Under the pieces are notes generated by a model. The model was given only the letters and a program-made list of their open reading frames with translations. It made no database searches and was not told where the DNA came from. A stretch of 64,000 nucleotides of DNA from Pseudomonadota bacterium (GTDB lineage Bacteria; Pseudomonadota; Gammaproteobacteria; Pseudomonadales; UBA5518): assembly GCA_963204845.1 (NCBI GenBank), contig CAUJIL010000121.1, positions 1,251-65,250 of the forward strand, written 5' to 3'. The position numbers and the translations under genes were made by a program. This document shows positions 33,652 through 43,443 of this stretch, one piece after another (position 1 is the first letter of the stretch; each line of letters opens with the position of its first letter).

Positions 33652-33677
33652 ATGCAAACCGGCCAACCGGTTTGCAT
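33652..33677. promoter_or_regulatory. perfect 11-bp inverted repeat ATGCAAACCGG-N4-CCGGTTTGCAT (operator or hairpin)
   Basis: Read directly from the sequence. It lies about 20 nt upstream of the aldehyde dehydrogenase ATG, downstream of the TonB-receptor stop, and is followed by a T-run on the plus strand only. Confidence 0.5.
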
Positions 33678-33752
33678 TTTTATGGATCGATTTCCTCTGA
33701 CATTGTCCTCGCACCCGCAGCATGGGTTGAGCAGCGAGGGCAACCTTCCATC

Positions 33753-36137
33753 CTAGAAGTTGTACTTCACGGACAGGCTCCATTCCTTGCCTCTGGAATA
33801 GATGCCCTCGGCATAACCCGGCGCGCTGTTGAAGGACGACCTGCCCGTAATCAGATACAGCTCATCGGTCAAGTTGCGCCCGGCCGCGACCAACTCCCAT
33901 GCATCACTTGCACTCGTCATGGTAATCGACGCATTTAACAGATTGTAAGAATCCGACAACAGCAGGGGATCGTTGGTCGCGTCCTGATACGTCTCATCGG
34001 AATAGATCCAGTCCAATCTCGGTTCAACCGTCCACTCACCCCAGGTGGTGGTATAGGAAATGCCCAGATTGGTGGACCATTCTGGCACCTGCGCAAACGC
34101 CGAATCCTTGGTAATGGGGGTTGTGTTGAGGATGTCGTCACTCAGTTCCTCGTACTCCGCGTCGAGATACCCCACGCCCAGTTGAATCAGCCAGGACGAC
34201 TCGGGAATATACGTCGCCTCGATCTCGAACCCCTTGAGGGTCGCTTCACCGGCGTTCTTCGTAACCGGCGCAAAGCCAAACAGTGCCACAAGCTGCATGT
34301 CCTGGTAATCCGAATAAAACGCTGCCGCATTGACCCGCAGCGAGTTGTCCAGCCAGGAAGACTTCAGACCGAACTCGATCGCCTCCACTTCCTCCGGATC
34401 AAAACTCGTCACAGCCGGGGCGCCCGCCTGGTAGCGCTGGACGAACCCGCCACTCTTGAAACCCTGGGAATAGGTTGCATACACCATAACGTCATCGCTC
34501 AGATTCCACGCTCCATTGACCATCACATTGGTCTTCTGGAACTCTTCCTCTACCCATTCCTGGGGCACCAGCGAGTCGCCGGGCAGAAAAAGTAGACCAG
34601 GGAAAGGCCCCCCCGGGCAGGCCGCGGGTCCCTCGGCACCCGTGGGACAATCGGCGTACCGGTTACGCGTACCAGGACCGCCCCCACCGAAATATGGCCC
34701 ACCGTCCGGAGGAACTATCGAATACGGCAGGAACTGCTTCTGCTCGTCCGTGTAGCGAATGCCTGCCGTAATACTGAAATCAGAAGTCATATCCCACGTG
34801 GATTTAGCGAACACGTCCCAGTTATCGTTTTCCACCTCGCCGCCACTGAATATGCTGCCCACCTGAATGGGAAGACCATCTAGCGGATTCGGGTTCTCTG
34901 CATTCTCCTCGAAGTAAAAAAGACCCAGAATCCATTTGACCTGGCTATCGTACGCCACACCCGAGAACTGAATTTCCTGACTGAACTGTTCGTGGTAAAA
35001 CTCGTCCTCCGTATTGATCAGCACATGCGGCGTTGCATCACCATCCCGAGCGGAAAAACTTTCGAGATCCCGATATCCGGTGATCGATTTGACCGTGAGC
35101 TTCTCCGAAACATCCCACTCTGCGGTCAGGTGCACCCCCCAATAGTCCAGATCGGACTCCACCTTCGATGTGCCGCCACTCTTGTGCTCACCGAGAATAG
35201 TCGTTTCATTCAAGCAGTTGGGATCACCGTTAGTCGGCGATGGAATGGGAGCGCCCGCGGGCGCTCCGGTATAAACACTACAGCTAGGGATCTGGTAGCG
35301 GTTTGCCAGTGTCGGCCACACCGCGCTGTCATTGACTCCAAGAGAAACCGCAGGCGCCCCCTGCTCATTCTCCTTCGTATAATCTGCCGTCAGTAAAACC
35401 GTCAGTTGGTCCGACGCCTGCCACAGCAGGGCAACTCGCCCGGCAAGGGAGTCGTCGTCACCCAACTCCACGCCGTCGTAAACCCGCTCTACATAACCGT
35501 CGCGCTTCGAACTCGCGAGGCTGATTTTGCTAAACAAATTCTCGCTGAGCGGCACATTGAAATTGAGCACCGCATTGCGCATGTCGTCGCTGCCCAGCTT
35601 GACTTCGGCATTACCGGAAAACTCGTCCGTCGGCTTCTTGGAATTCAGCAATACCGCCCCGCCGATGGTGTTACGCCCGAACAGGGTTCCCTGCGGTCCC
35701 CTGAGGACTTCCACGCTTTCCATCTCCAGAAAACTCGTGGAAGCGCCGATCGACCGGGCGTAGTAGACGCCATCCACGTAAAGACCAACACCTGGATCGG
35801 TTACCGCCGTAAAATCAGTTTGTCCGATTCCACGGATAAAAATCTGTGACGACGCACTGCTCCCAGACGCCGGCGCATACGCATCAAAGGTCAGGTTGGG
35901 CGTAATGTCCCCCAACTGGTCAGTCGAGGAGATTTGCCGCGCCTTGAGGTCATTCGAGGTAAACGCCGATACGGCCAGTGGCGCATCCTGGAGACTTTCC
36001 TCCCGCTTTCGCGCTGTAACCACGATCTCTTCCAACGCAAACCCAGACGCCGGCGGCTGCGCCAGTGCATGGCAGGATGATGAAACGGCAAGGCAAAGAG
36101 CAAGAAGTCTGGAGGGACTCGACGTATTCACAGGCAC
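33753..36137 (-). CDS. TonB-dependent outer-membrane receptor
   Basis: Signal peptide, plug-domain motif …LEEIVVTARKREESLQDAPLAVS…, a long beta-barrel and terminal …SVKYNF. GTG start. Confidence 0.9.
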   Translation of the reverse strand: MPVNTSSPSRLLALCLAVSSSCHALAQPPASGFALEEIVVTARKREESLQDAPLAVSAFTSNDLKARQISSTDQLGDITPNLTFDAYAPASGSSASSQIFIRGIGQTDFTAVTDPGVGLYVDGVYYARSIGASTSFLEMESVEVLRGPQGTLFGRNTIGGAVLLNSKKPTDEFSGNAEVKLGSDDMRNAVLNFNVPLSENLFSKISLASSKRDGYVERVYDGVELGDDDSLAGRVALLWQASDQLTVLLTADYTKENEQGAPAVSLGVNDSAVWPTLANRYQIPSCSVYTGAPAGAPIPSPTNGDPNCLNETTILGEHKSGGTSKVESDLDYWGVHLTAEWDVSEKLTVKSITGYRDLESFSARDGDATPHVLINTEDEFYHEQFSQEIQFSGVAYDSQVKWILGLFYFEENAENPNPLDGLPIQVGSIFSGGEVENDNWDVFAKSTWDMTSDFSITAGIRYTDEQKQFLPYSIVPPDGGPYFGGGGPGTRNRYADCPTGAEGPAACPGGPFPGLLFLPGDSLVPQEWVEEEFQKTNVMVNGAWNLSDDVMVYATYSQGFKSGGFVQRYQAGAPAVTSFDPEEVEAIEFGLKSSWLDNSLRVNAAAFYSDYQDMQLVALFGFAPVTKNAGEATLKGFEIEATYIPESSWLIQLGVGYLDAEYEELSDDILNTTPITKDSAFAQVPEWSTNLGISYTTTWGEWTVEPRLDWIYSDETYQDATNDPLLLSDSYNLLNASITMTSASDAWELVAAGRNLTDELYLITGRSSFNSAPGYAEGIYSRGKEWSLSVKYNF

Positions 36138-36221
36138 CTCACTTTACTAGAAATATTGGCTTTTCCGTCGCACCGGCAGTCGAAATGCCAGTTCACCACG
36201 GACATATATAATTCGATATTT

Positions 36222-36440
36222 TCAAGACACTCGGGATGGAGCCTTCTTCAAGTACATGAACAGTCCCATGAAGCCGCTCATGAAACCGCTCAGCAAACCG
36301 CTGATGCCATTATTGACGGCATTTTCCATGAGCGATTCCGGAAACGGGACCAGGAAATAGTTCACGGAAAAGGACAACACCAGGGCTATCGCCGCTCCGA
36401 CACCCCCGGCTTTTAGTGCATCACGCTGATTGGCCGCCAT
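36222..36440 (-). CDS. small hydrophobic protein (72 aa, about 2 TM), unknown function
   Basis: ATG at 36440 preceded by a GGAG. Sequence MAANQRDALKAGGVGAAIALVLSFSVNYFLVPF…GISGLLSGFMSGFMGLFMYL…. The longer track ORF would overlap the upstream gene. Confidence 0.4.
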   Translation of the reverse strand: MAANQRDALKAGGVGAAIALVLSFSVNYFLVPFPESLMENAVNNGISGLLSGFMSGFMGLFMYLKKAPSRVS

Positions 36441-36481
36441 CTCATTTGCTCCTCTGGAAAAAGAGAAGATTATCTGAAGGA

Positions 36482-38047
36482 TTACTTGGCGATACTTTCC
36501 CGGAGCAACTTGCGATTTGCCTTGCCGGTATTTCCCCGGGGCAACGATTCCAGGAAACGGTACTGCCTTGGTTTCTTGTAACTCGACAACTCGGAACGTT
36601 CGACATGATTCCTCAATTCCTGCTCGGAAATTTCTTCTGTTGCGACGATGAATGCAGTAATTCGCTCGCCCCACTCCTCGTCGGGCACACCGATCACCAG
36701 ACACTCGCTGACGGCAGGATGCTGTAACAGAACTTCCTCCACCTGCGTCGGCAAAACATTGATCCCGCCAGAAATGATCATGTCGTCTACGCGACCACGC
36801 AGATACACGTAACCTTCTTCATCCAACATCCCGACATCACCTGAACGCCACCAGCCATTCTCGAACACCTTGGCTGTCAGTTCGGCCCGCCGCCAGAAGC
36901 TACTGGCGACCGATGGTCCCCTGATGATGATTTCACCATCGGTCCCGGGAGGAAGTTGCTGATCTACACGTCCACCAGGCTCGATCACCCTGAGTTCTAC
37001 GCCCTCACCTGGACGACCCACGCTTTCCAGTCGATTCAAATCACGGTAATCCTCAGGCAACATCACCGTGCAACCAGCCCACGAGCCGGTCTCGGTGGTT
37101 CCATAGGTATTTATTATCGAAGGAGATATTTTTTCACGAAGTCGCATCAGGGTAGACCGATCCATCACCTCACCTGCGTAGCCAATTCGCCGCAATGAGG
37201 ATAGATCGGTCGAGTCGTTTACCTCACGCAATACCGCCCGCCACATGGTAGGCACCAGGAAGCAGACGGACACTTGTTCCGCGGCGATGGTCGCCAGGGC
37301 TTTCGCAGGTGACCACTCGGGCAAATAAACTATCTTCGACCCGCCATACAGAAACGGCAGCGTGCAGTTGTACCAGCCAATGAACGCCGTGGTAAAAACG
37401 TTCAGGCCGCACGCATTCTCGTCGGCTACCATATACCTGACACCGTATCGACCGCTGGCCACCAGGGTACGGTGCGTGTGCATTACCCCCTTGGGGACAC
37501 CGGTTGTACCGGAGGAGAGCGCGATGACTGCCGTATCGTCCATCGCCGCAGGCTCAATCTCAAGATCCGGTTGGTAGGCCTCGAGATCACGCGGAATCGT
37601 CACATCATTCTCTGCACGCATTTCCACAGCGGGAGTAATGCCGGAGATCGATCGGACGTAAGCGCGAATCCCAGTCTCAGCCTGTTTTATCGAGTCGAGC
37701 CGGTTCGAAAAGGCACCATCGTAAACGAGCAAGGACGGCGCGAGTTCCTCGAGAACCTTCCGCAACAGCGCATCTGATTCCCTGACATGCAGCGCTACCG
37801 GGATGGCGCCGAGTTCGATGGCGCCGAAGAGCGCTATCACATGAGAGGTGGAAGGTGGCATGAGCAGCGCCACCCTATCCCCTTTGCGAACCCCATGTGC
37901 ATGCAGCAACTTCGCCATCCGCACAACACACTCGCGGAGTTCGCCATAGCTGTAACGAGCCACGTCATCGACCACTGCGTCCTTGTCGGGCCATTTTTCG
38001 GCCGCGCGTCGAATTAGATCCCGCAACGTCAAATAATCGCGCAACAT
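36482..38047 (-). CDS. AMP-dependent aromatic/acyl acid--CoA ligase
   Basis: Adenylate-forming motifs LSSGTTGVPKGV, YGTTE, SGDVG and …LPRGNTGKANRK. Confidence 0.9.
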   Translation of the reverse strand: MLRDYLTLRDLIRRAAEKWPDKDAVVDDVARYSYGELRECVVRMAKLLHAHGVRKGDRVALLMPPSTSHVIALFGAIELGAIPVALHVRESDALLRKVLEELAPSLLVYDGAFSNRLDSIKQAETGIRAYVRSISGITPAVEMRAENDVTIPRDLEAYQPDLEIEPAAMDDTAVIALSSGTTGVPKGVMHTHRTLVASGRYGVRYMVADENACGLNVFTTAFIGWYNCTLPFLYGGSKIVYLPEWSPAKALATIAAEQVSVCFLVPTMWRAVLREVNDSTDLSSLRRIGYAGEVMDRSTLMRLREKISPSIINTYGTTETGSWAGCTVMLPEDYRDLNRLESVGRPGEGVELRVIEPGGRVDQQLPPGTDGEIIIRGPSVASSFWRRAELTAKVFENGWWRSGDVGMLDEEGYVYLRGRVDDMIISGGINVLPTQVEEVLLQHPAVSECLVIGVPDEEWGERITAFIVATEEISEQELRNHVERSELSSYKKPRQYRFLESLPRGNTGKANRKLLRESIAK

Positions 38048-38110
38048 GAACCGGCACTCTTATGCTTGCTATCCATTCCCGAGAGAGACCGACCCGGATC
38101 TCCCGTTGGC

Positions 38111-38935
38111 CTAGATATCCTCGCGTGCGACCTGATAACTCTGAAGGCCCGGCTTGTATTCACGCTTCTTGAATGATTGAAGCGCGGTCTTGATCCAGTC
38201 GTCATTGGTCAGGCGCGACAACTCGTAAAGTTTCGCGATTTCGTAATCGATGGCGTCGGGAAAGTTCATATCGCGAGTGCGCTCGTACACCTGCTTCGTG
38301 AAGTCGAGCACGATGCGCCCCTTGCGCAGCAAGTTATCGACCACCTTCTGCGTCGCTTCATCCAAATCTGCCAGGGGTACCGACTTCGATGCCCAACCCA
38401 ACGTCACCGCCTCCTTGCCATCGAAGGTGTCCGCGGTCAGCGAGTAATACAGTGCCTGCTTGCGGGACGGCATATTGGCCTGAGTGGCCCACGTAGTGCC
38501 TCCGCCGGGAAAGATGCCGAAATTGACTTCGGACAACCCCCAGGTCGACTCCTCCGCCACGATTGCTATGTCACACAGGCCTGCCACCAGCATGCCACCC
38601 CCGAAACACCAGCCATTAACCTTGGCAATGGTTACCGCAGGGAAGGCCTTGAGACGACGCATCCACTCGAACGAGTACCCGACCCCTTCCTTGAAACGGG
38701 CAGGCTCGTCCCAATTGTCAAAGAAGCATTTTTCCAGATCCATGCCCCCGATAAACGAGTCTCCAGCTCCGGTCAGCACCACCACCTTGACGTTCGCGGC
38801 CTCCACCTCCACGAGAGCCTGGCACATCTCGGCGTGCAGGGCAGGACTCATGCAGTTCTTCTTCTCTGGACGATTCAACGTAATCGTGGCGCTACCACCA
38901 TGGATTTCGACGATGATGTTTTGGTAATTGCTCAT
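38111..38935 (-). CDS. crotonase-family hydroxycinnamoyl-CoA hydratase/lyase-like enzyme (HCHL/Ech-like)
   Basis: From memory it resembles Pseudomonas HCHL along its whole length (…LNRPEKKN.MSP…, VLTGAG…GMDL, VNGWCFGGG, GLSEVNFGIFPGG, …KPGLQSY…). ATG verified at 38935. Confidence 0.75.
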   Translation of the reverse strand: MSNYQNIIVEIHGGSATITLNRPEKKNCMSPALHAEMCQALVEVEAANVKVVVLTGAGDSFIGGMDLEKCFFDNWDEPARFKEGVGYSFEWMRRLKAFPAVTIAKVNGWCFGGGMLVAGLCDIAIVAEESTWGLSEVNFGIFPGGGTTWATQANMPSRKQALYYSLTADTFDGKEAVTLGWASKSVPLADLDEATQKVVDNLLRKGRIVLDFTKQVYERTRDMNFPDAIDYEIAKLYELSRLTNDDWIKTALQSFKKREYKPGLQSYQVAREDI

Positions 38936-39229
38936 ATGGATTCCCTCACGCCAGCCGTGTTCCTTGAAGTGAAACGACAGGGGCAAAGTAGTTCCGCGCT
39001 CATCGGAAAGGCAATAAACATCGCGAAAACTATGTACACATTACGAACCGCCATGCGCAAATTCCCGTATACCACTCACACGGGAACACACGGCCCGAGT
39101 TGATTTGCCAACCGCAGAGGACCCAAGGGGCAAGGCCGAATGTCGAATTGGAGCGTGACCGCTAGCGCCAGGAAGCCATTTCACGCGTTGGCAGGGATGA
39201 TCGCGGCGAATGCGATGTGCGTGCCGCGG

Positions 39230-39679
39230 TTACAGAATCTCGTAGGCATCAATGAATACTTCAGATTTTCTTCGGCCGCCCTTGGCTATTGCCAGGATCC
39301 GATTCAACCACTCATAGCGACCCGCGGGCGCCTCGAAAAAAAGCACCTCGCGAAAATAGTACTCCGAGGCGTCGACATCCTCTCCCGCCATGATCCGCTC
39401 GAGCACGCGTGTCGTCGCGTGCCGCATACCGTGGCCCTTCAACTGGATCGTTACGTCGTCATCCGTCCTCAGCGTAACGCGAACATCAAGTTCGGCCACA
39501 CCGTCCTGACGAATTAACTGAAAGTCCGATCCGCCCGCCTGCAACACTCCCGAAAGCCGCGCTCCATTGAAGCTGCCACCCGTAACCGGGATAAACCACC
39601 TTTTTCCAAGCGGACCATCGATCACTTGCGGCGCATCGACATTCGCCTTCAATACAAACAGTGCTTTCACCTCGATCAT
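39230..39679 (-). CDS. DUF3237 (UPF0311) family protein
   Basis: 149 aa with …GPLGKRWFIPVTGGSFNG.RL.G.VL.GG.D.Q…DG…L.V…L.TDD…, typical of DUF3237 beta-barrel proteins. Confidence 0.6.
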   Translation of the reverse strand: MIEVKALFVLKANVDAPQVIDGPLGKRWFIPVTGGSFNGARLSGVLQAGGSDFQLIRQDGVAELDVRVTLRTDDDVTIQLKGHGMRHATTRVLERIMAGEDVDASEYYFREVLFFEAPAGRYEWLNRILAIAKGGRRKSEVFIDAYEIL

Positions 39680-40034
39680 TTTTTATCTCCTGTTTATTGC
39701 TGCGGTGCTCGGCAGCATAGATTTCATGCCCCGCCAGGTGGCAACACCTGTAGAACAAGCTGAAGAGGAATAGATTATCCCGTGATTACAACCTTCCCGG
39801 ACGATGAAGCACAAAACGATGCAACCTCTTAGCCCGGCGGCAGATCCAGGATTGTACCTACGGCTTGCGAAGAGCGCGTGATCGGCTTATCCGAAATCCG
39901 CACGATGCCATAACGGTGACGTTTCGCATTCTGTACAAAGAATTTCGCAGACAGCATTACGATAATTTACCAACACGATAAGCTCTGCCCACCCCGCCGA
40001 CGTCGCAACATACCTTGCCGACGTCGCCGCAGCC

Positions 40035-41795
40035 ATGGAGAACTCTATGAACCAGGCCTACACCCCACCGTTGGACGAAATTCTTTTCCTTCTGGACAAC
40101 GTCATCCATTGGAGCAATTTGTTAGATCTGCCTCCGTACACCGAACTGGACCGGGAGACGTTCACCGCCATTCTGAGTGAAGCAGCCAAATTCGCAACGC
40201 GAGAACTAAGTCCCATTAACGAAATTGGTGACGACGAGGGCTGCCAACTTCTTGATGGCCGGGTACGCCCTCCCAGCGCCTTCCTGCGGGCATTCAGGAA
40301 ATACGTGACCGAAGGCTGGTGCAGCATGGAAATCCCGGAGGAATTTGGCGGCCAGCGCCTCCCTCTTCTGCTGGGCGCGGTCATATCGGAAATGAACAAT
40401 GGCGCCTGCATAGCCTTCAGCATGCTGCCCTGCATGCTGCGGTCCGCCGCCCACCTGTTGATAGCCCATGCCGACCCGGACCTTCGCGACTGCGTCGTCC
40501 CGCATCTTGCCAGCGGAAACTATAGCGCCACGATCGTGATCACCGAGCCCCAGGCGGGATCGGACGTTAGTCGCATAAACTGCCGGGCCGTCGAACAAAC
40601 CGACGGCAGTTTCAGCATTACCGGCTCGAAGATATTTATTTCCTACGGTGATCACAACTGGACAGATCAGATTCTGCACATGGTACTCGCACGCACCGAA
40701 AATGCTGGAGGCGACTCATCGGGACTCAGCCTGTTCATGGTGCCCAAGTTGAACCTGAGCAGTGGTGCTCCAAACGGGGTCACCGTTCTCGGCATCGAGA
40801 AAAAAATGGGGCTCCGGGGTTCTCCCACCTGCACCCTGGAATTCAAGGGCGCGATTGGCTACCTGATTGGGGAGCAAAACAAGGGCTTGAATTGTCTCTT
40901 CACCATGATGAACACCATGAGGCTTGAAGTCGCCTCGCAAAGCACCGGGATAGCGAGCGCCTGTCTTCAAAAGGCTTGCACATACGCTGGCTTCCGCATT
41001 CAGGGCGGAGCAGGCGAGGAGCCAATCCAGCAGCATGCCGACATACGCAGAAACCTGGCTGGAATGCATGCCCAAACCGTGTCCATTCGTGCCCTCACCT
41101 ACGAAACCGCCATCAACCTGGACAAGGCGAAACACGGCACGGATGAACTCGGGAGACGGCAGGATCTCGCATTGGCCGAGTTTCTCCTGCCCGTATGCAA
41201 GGCCTGGGGTTCAGACACGGCATTCTGGGTAGCCAACCAGGCACTGCAGGTGTTTGGCGGACATGGCTACATAAGGGAGCAGGGAATCGAGCAATATGTC
41301 AGGGATTCTCGAGCGTTGTCCATCTATGAGGGAACCAACGGCATCCAGGCTCAGGATCTGGTAATACGTAAATTATTCAAACAAGACGCCGCTGGCTATC
41401 ACCAACTGGTCTCGCGCATGAAGCAGACGATTGCCGACGCAACCAAGACCGGCACAGCGAGTGAGCTGATTTCCCATGTCGAATCGACGCTGGAAGGATA
41501 CCGTCGCTGTACCGCCTCGCTTCTGGAAAACACCCGGCGGTCGATACGCTTTGCCCAGGCTGTCGCTACACCGTATCTCGAACTTACCGGATTGGTCGCC
41601 GGGGCGTGGATGTGGCTGCGCATCGCAACCACCCCTGGCACGAATGCCGCAATACGGAATGAGTACGCCAATCTGTCGATATTCTATATGCGTTACTTGT
41701 TGCCAAAAACCCAACTGCTGGAGGCCCAGGTTTACGCTGGAGCAGAACTGATCGACAACTGCTTCGGAGGTGCGGCACCAGACAAATCCAGTTGA
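40035..41795 (+). CDS. long acyl-CoA dehydrogenase (with N- and C-terminal extension domains)
   Basis: ACAD core (…TEPQAGSD…, …GSKIFIS…, …YEGTNGIQA.DL…) plus a C-terminal extension of about 150 aa. The ATG at 40047 has the better RBS (GGAGAA) and may be the true start. Confidence 0.85.
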   Translation: MENSMNQAYTPPLDEILFLLDNVIHWSNLLDLPPYTELDRETFTAILSEAAKFATRELSPINEIGDDEGCQLLDGRVRPPSAFLRAFRKYVTEGWCSMEIPEEFGGQRLPLLLGAVISEMNNGACIAFSMLPCMLRSAAHLLIAHADPDLRDCVVPHLASGNYSATIVITEPQAGSDVSRINCRAVEQTDGSFSITGSKIFISYGDHNWTDQILHMVLARTENAGGDSSGLSLFMVPKLNLSSGAPNGVTVLGIEKKMGLRGSPTCTLEFKGAIGYLIGEQNKGLNCLFTMMNTMRLEVASQSTGIASACLQKACTYAGFRIQGGAGEEPIQQHADIRRNLAGMHAQTVSIRALTYETAINLDKAKHGTDELGRRQDLALAEFLLPVCKAWGSDTAFWVANQALQVFGGHGYIREQGIEQYVRDSRALSIYEGTNGIQAQDLVIRKLFKQDAAGYHQLVSRMKQTIADATKTGTASELISHVESTLEGYRRCTASLLENTRRSIRFAQAVATPYLELTGLVAGAWMWLRIATTPGTNAAIRNEYANLSIFYMRYLLPKTQLLEAQVYAGAELIDNCFGGAAPDKSS

Positions 41796-41808
41796 CACCA
41801 GAACACTC

Positions 41809-42261
41809 ATGAATATGCCGTTCACGGTTGTGATCCGAGTTCGCTATGGCGAATGTGATCAGCAGGGCGTGGTATTCAATGCCCGCTACGGCGATTACAT
41901 CAACACCGCCGCGCTCGAGTTCCTACGTGTGACCCTTGGAGGTCACAATATTCTCGAAGCATTCGACCTCGACAGCCAAACGGTCAGAATGACGACCGAA
42001 TGGCGGTCCTCCGTGAAATACGATGACATCGTCGACATCACCGTAGAGACCGTTCGTGTGGGAAACTCGTCCTACACTTTGGAAATGCGGTTCCGAGAAC
42101 ACTTTTCCCAACGGGCGGTGGCGTCGTCGGAAATCGTCTGTGTGATGGTGGACAGAACATCCCTGCAGAAAAGGCAGGTACCGGAGGAAATCAGGAAAGG
42201 CCTGCTGCGGAATGCAAGTGGAGCGATCATCGACTACTCCGGCTTGGGATCTATGCACTGA
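41809..42261 (+). CDS. 4HBT/YbgC-type acyl-CoA thioesterase
   Basis: …VRYGECDQQGVVFNARYGDY… hotdog-fold thioesterase signature. ATG verified at 41809. Confidence 0.8.
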   Translation: MNMPFTVVIRVRYGECDQQGVVFNARYGDYINTAALEFLRVTLGGHNILEAFDLDSQTVRMTTEWRSSVKYDDIVDITVETVRVGNSSYTLEMRFREHFSQRAVASSEIVCVMVDRTSLQKRQVPEEIRKGLLRNASGAIIDYSGLGSMH

Positions 42262-42274
42262 ATTGGCGCAACGC

Positions 42275-43261
42275 TTACCAAGCGGGCTTCGATTTCAGGG
42301 TTTGCGCTGGATAACATCCATATTTCTGTTGGTAGTATTTTGCCCAAAGCCCGGGATTACTGATGCCATATCGCCACATGATCTGGCTGACATTGGATCT
42401 TTTTCCGGCATCGGCCAACTCCCGATGAATATGATGGAGACGCCGGGAACGAATAAATTCAGAAGGCGACATCCCCAGATGTTTTTTAAACCCATTCTGC
42501 AGGGTCCTCTCGGTAACCCCCGCCTGTCGGCTTATTTCAGACAAACTTATATTCGTCTTTATATTCTGTTCGATGTACTCCGTAGCGATGCGCACACAAC
42601 GCGGGGTCGCAACCCTGCCAGCACCGGTATCGAGGATATTTGAATAATTATGGCGCTGGCAGCGCAGCAGCGTATAGGCAACCATTTCCGCATGGCCACG
42701 ATGGATGGCAGCATCCCGATCGAACAGTGGATTCGGCATTCCGTAGAATCGACATAGAAAACGCATCGTCTCGATCCAGGAACGCCTGGCGCTCTCATCC
42801 GACAATGCAAACTCGAACCTCAGACGGCCATCCGGATCACATCCGGAAACTGTTCTCAATTTTTCCTCGACCAGTCGGCGTTCGAGCTTGAGAACGAAAT
42901 GGGCGCATCCCGGGCTCAGTGACACCGAGGTTGGCAACAGCGGATCGATGACAAGAGTATCATTTGTGGCGGTTTCCACGCAGCTGTTGCCATTCCAGGT
43001 TGCACTGCAGCCGTCCAGGGTCGTCTGAACCAGAATGAAACTGTCGTTGAACTCTGGCTCTATAGTGACCTCTTTCGAAAAACTCAGATAAGCCAACGAC
43101 ATGGGCCCAAGATTCAATCCATTGAACTCGGCACCCACCTCATGATCTGCGGAAAGGGCTCTACAGCGATTCTCCCAGAACACCTGCCCACCGACATCGA
43201 CTGTCCTGGCAATATCGCCATTTTTCAGAATATTATACTGTGTAAGTGGGTGGTATTTCAT
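42275..43261 (-). CDS. AraC-family transcriptional regulator
   Basis: C-terminal double HTH (…ISLSEISRQAGVTERTLQNGFKKHLGMSPSEFIRSRRL…, …SNPGLWAKYYQQKYGCYP…). GGGAGG RBS. Confidence 0.85.
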   Translation of the reverse strand: MKYHPLTQYNILKNGDIARTVDVGGQVFWENRCRALSADHEVGAEFNGLNLGPMSLAYLSFSKEVTIEPEFNDSFILVQTTLDGCSATWNGNSCVETATNDTLVIDPLLPTSVSLSPGCAHFVLKLERRLVEEKLRTVSGCDPDGRLRFEFALSDESARRSWIETMRFLCRFYGMPNPLFDRDAAIHRGHAEMVAYTLLRCQRHNYSNILDTGAGRVATPRCVRIATEYIEQNIKTNISLSEISRQAGVTERTLQNGFKKHLGMSPSEFIRSRRLHHIHRELADAGKRSNVSQIMWRYGISNPGLWAKYYQQKYGCYPAQTLKSKPAW

Positions 43262-43443
43262 CCATATCCTCCCGACTGAGCGGTTGTATCCGGAAGGTAT
43301 TCTTTTATTCGAAGCAACTGTCGCGCGTAAGTCGCCAGAGCCGCCGATTCGGCAGAATCTGTCCCGCGGAAACGCTCGAGAAGGTCGAATACATCACGCA
43401 CGGAACGTTCTTCGCGTCCACGACGTTCCCGTTTTCCGGACAT
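43258..43443 (-). CDS. hypothetical small protein (61 aa) translationally coupled to the AraC gene
   Basis: The ATG at 43443 opens a frame whose TGA overlaps the AraC ATG (ATGA at 43258-43261). There is no recognisable family, and it may not be a gene. Confidence 0.25.
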   Translation of the reverse strand: MSGKRERRGREERSVRDVFDLLERFRGTDSAESAALATYARQLLRIKEYLPDTTAQSGGYG

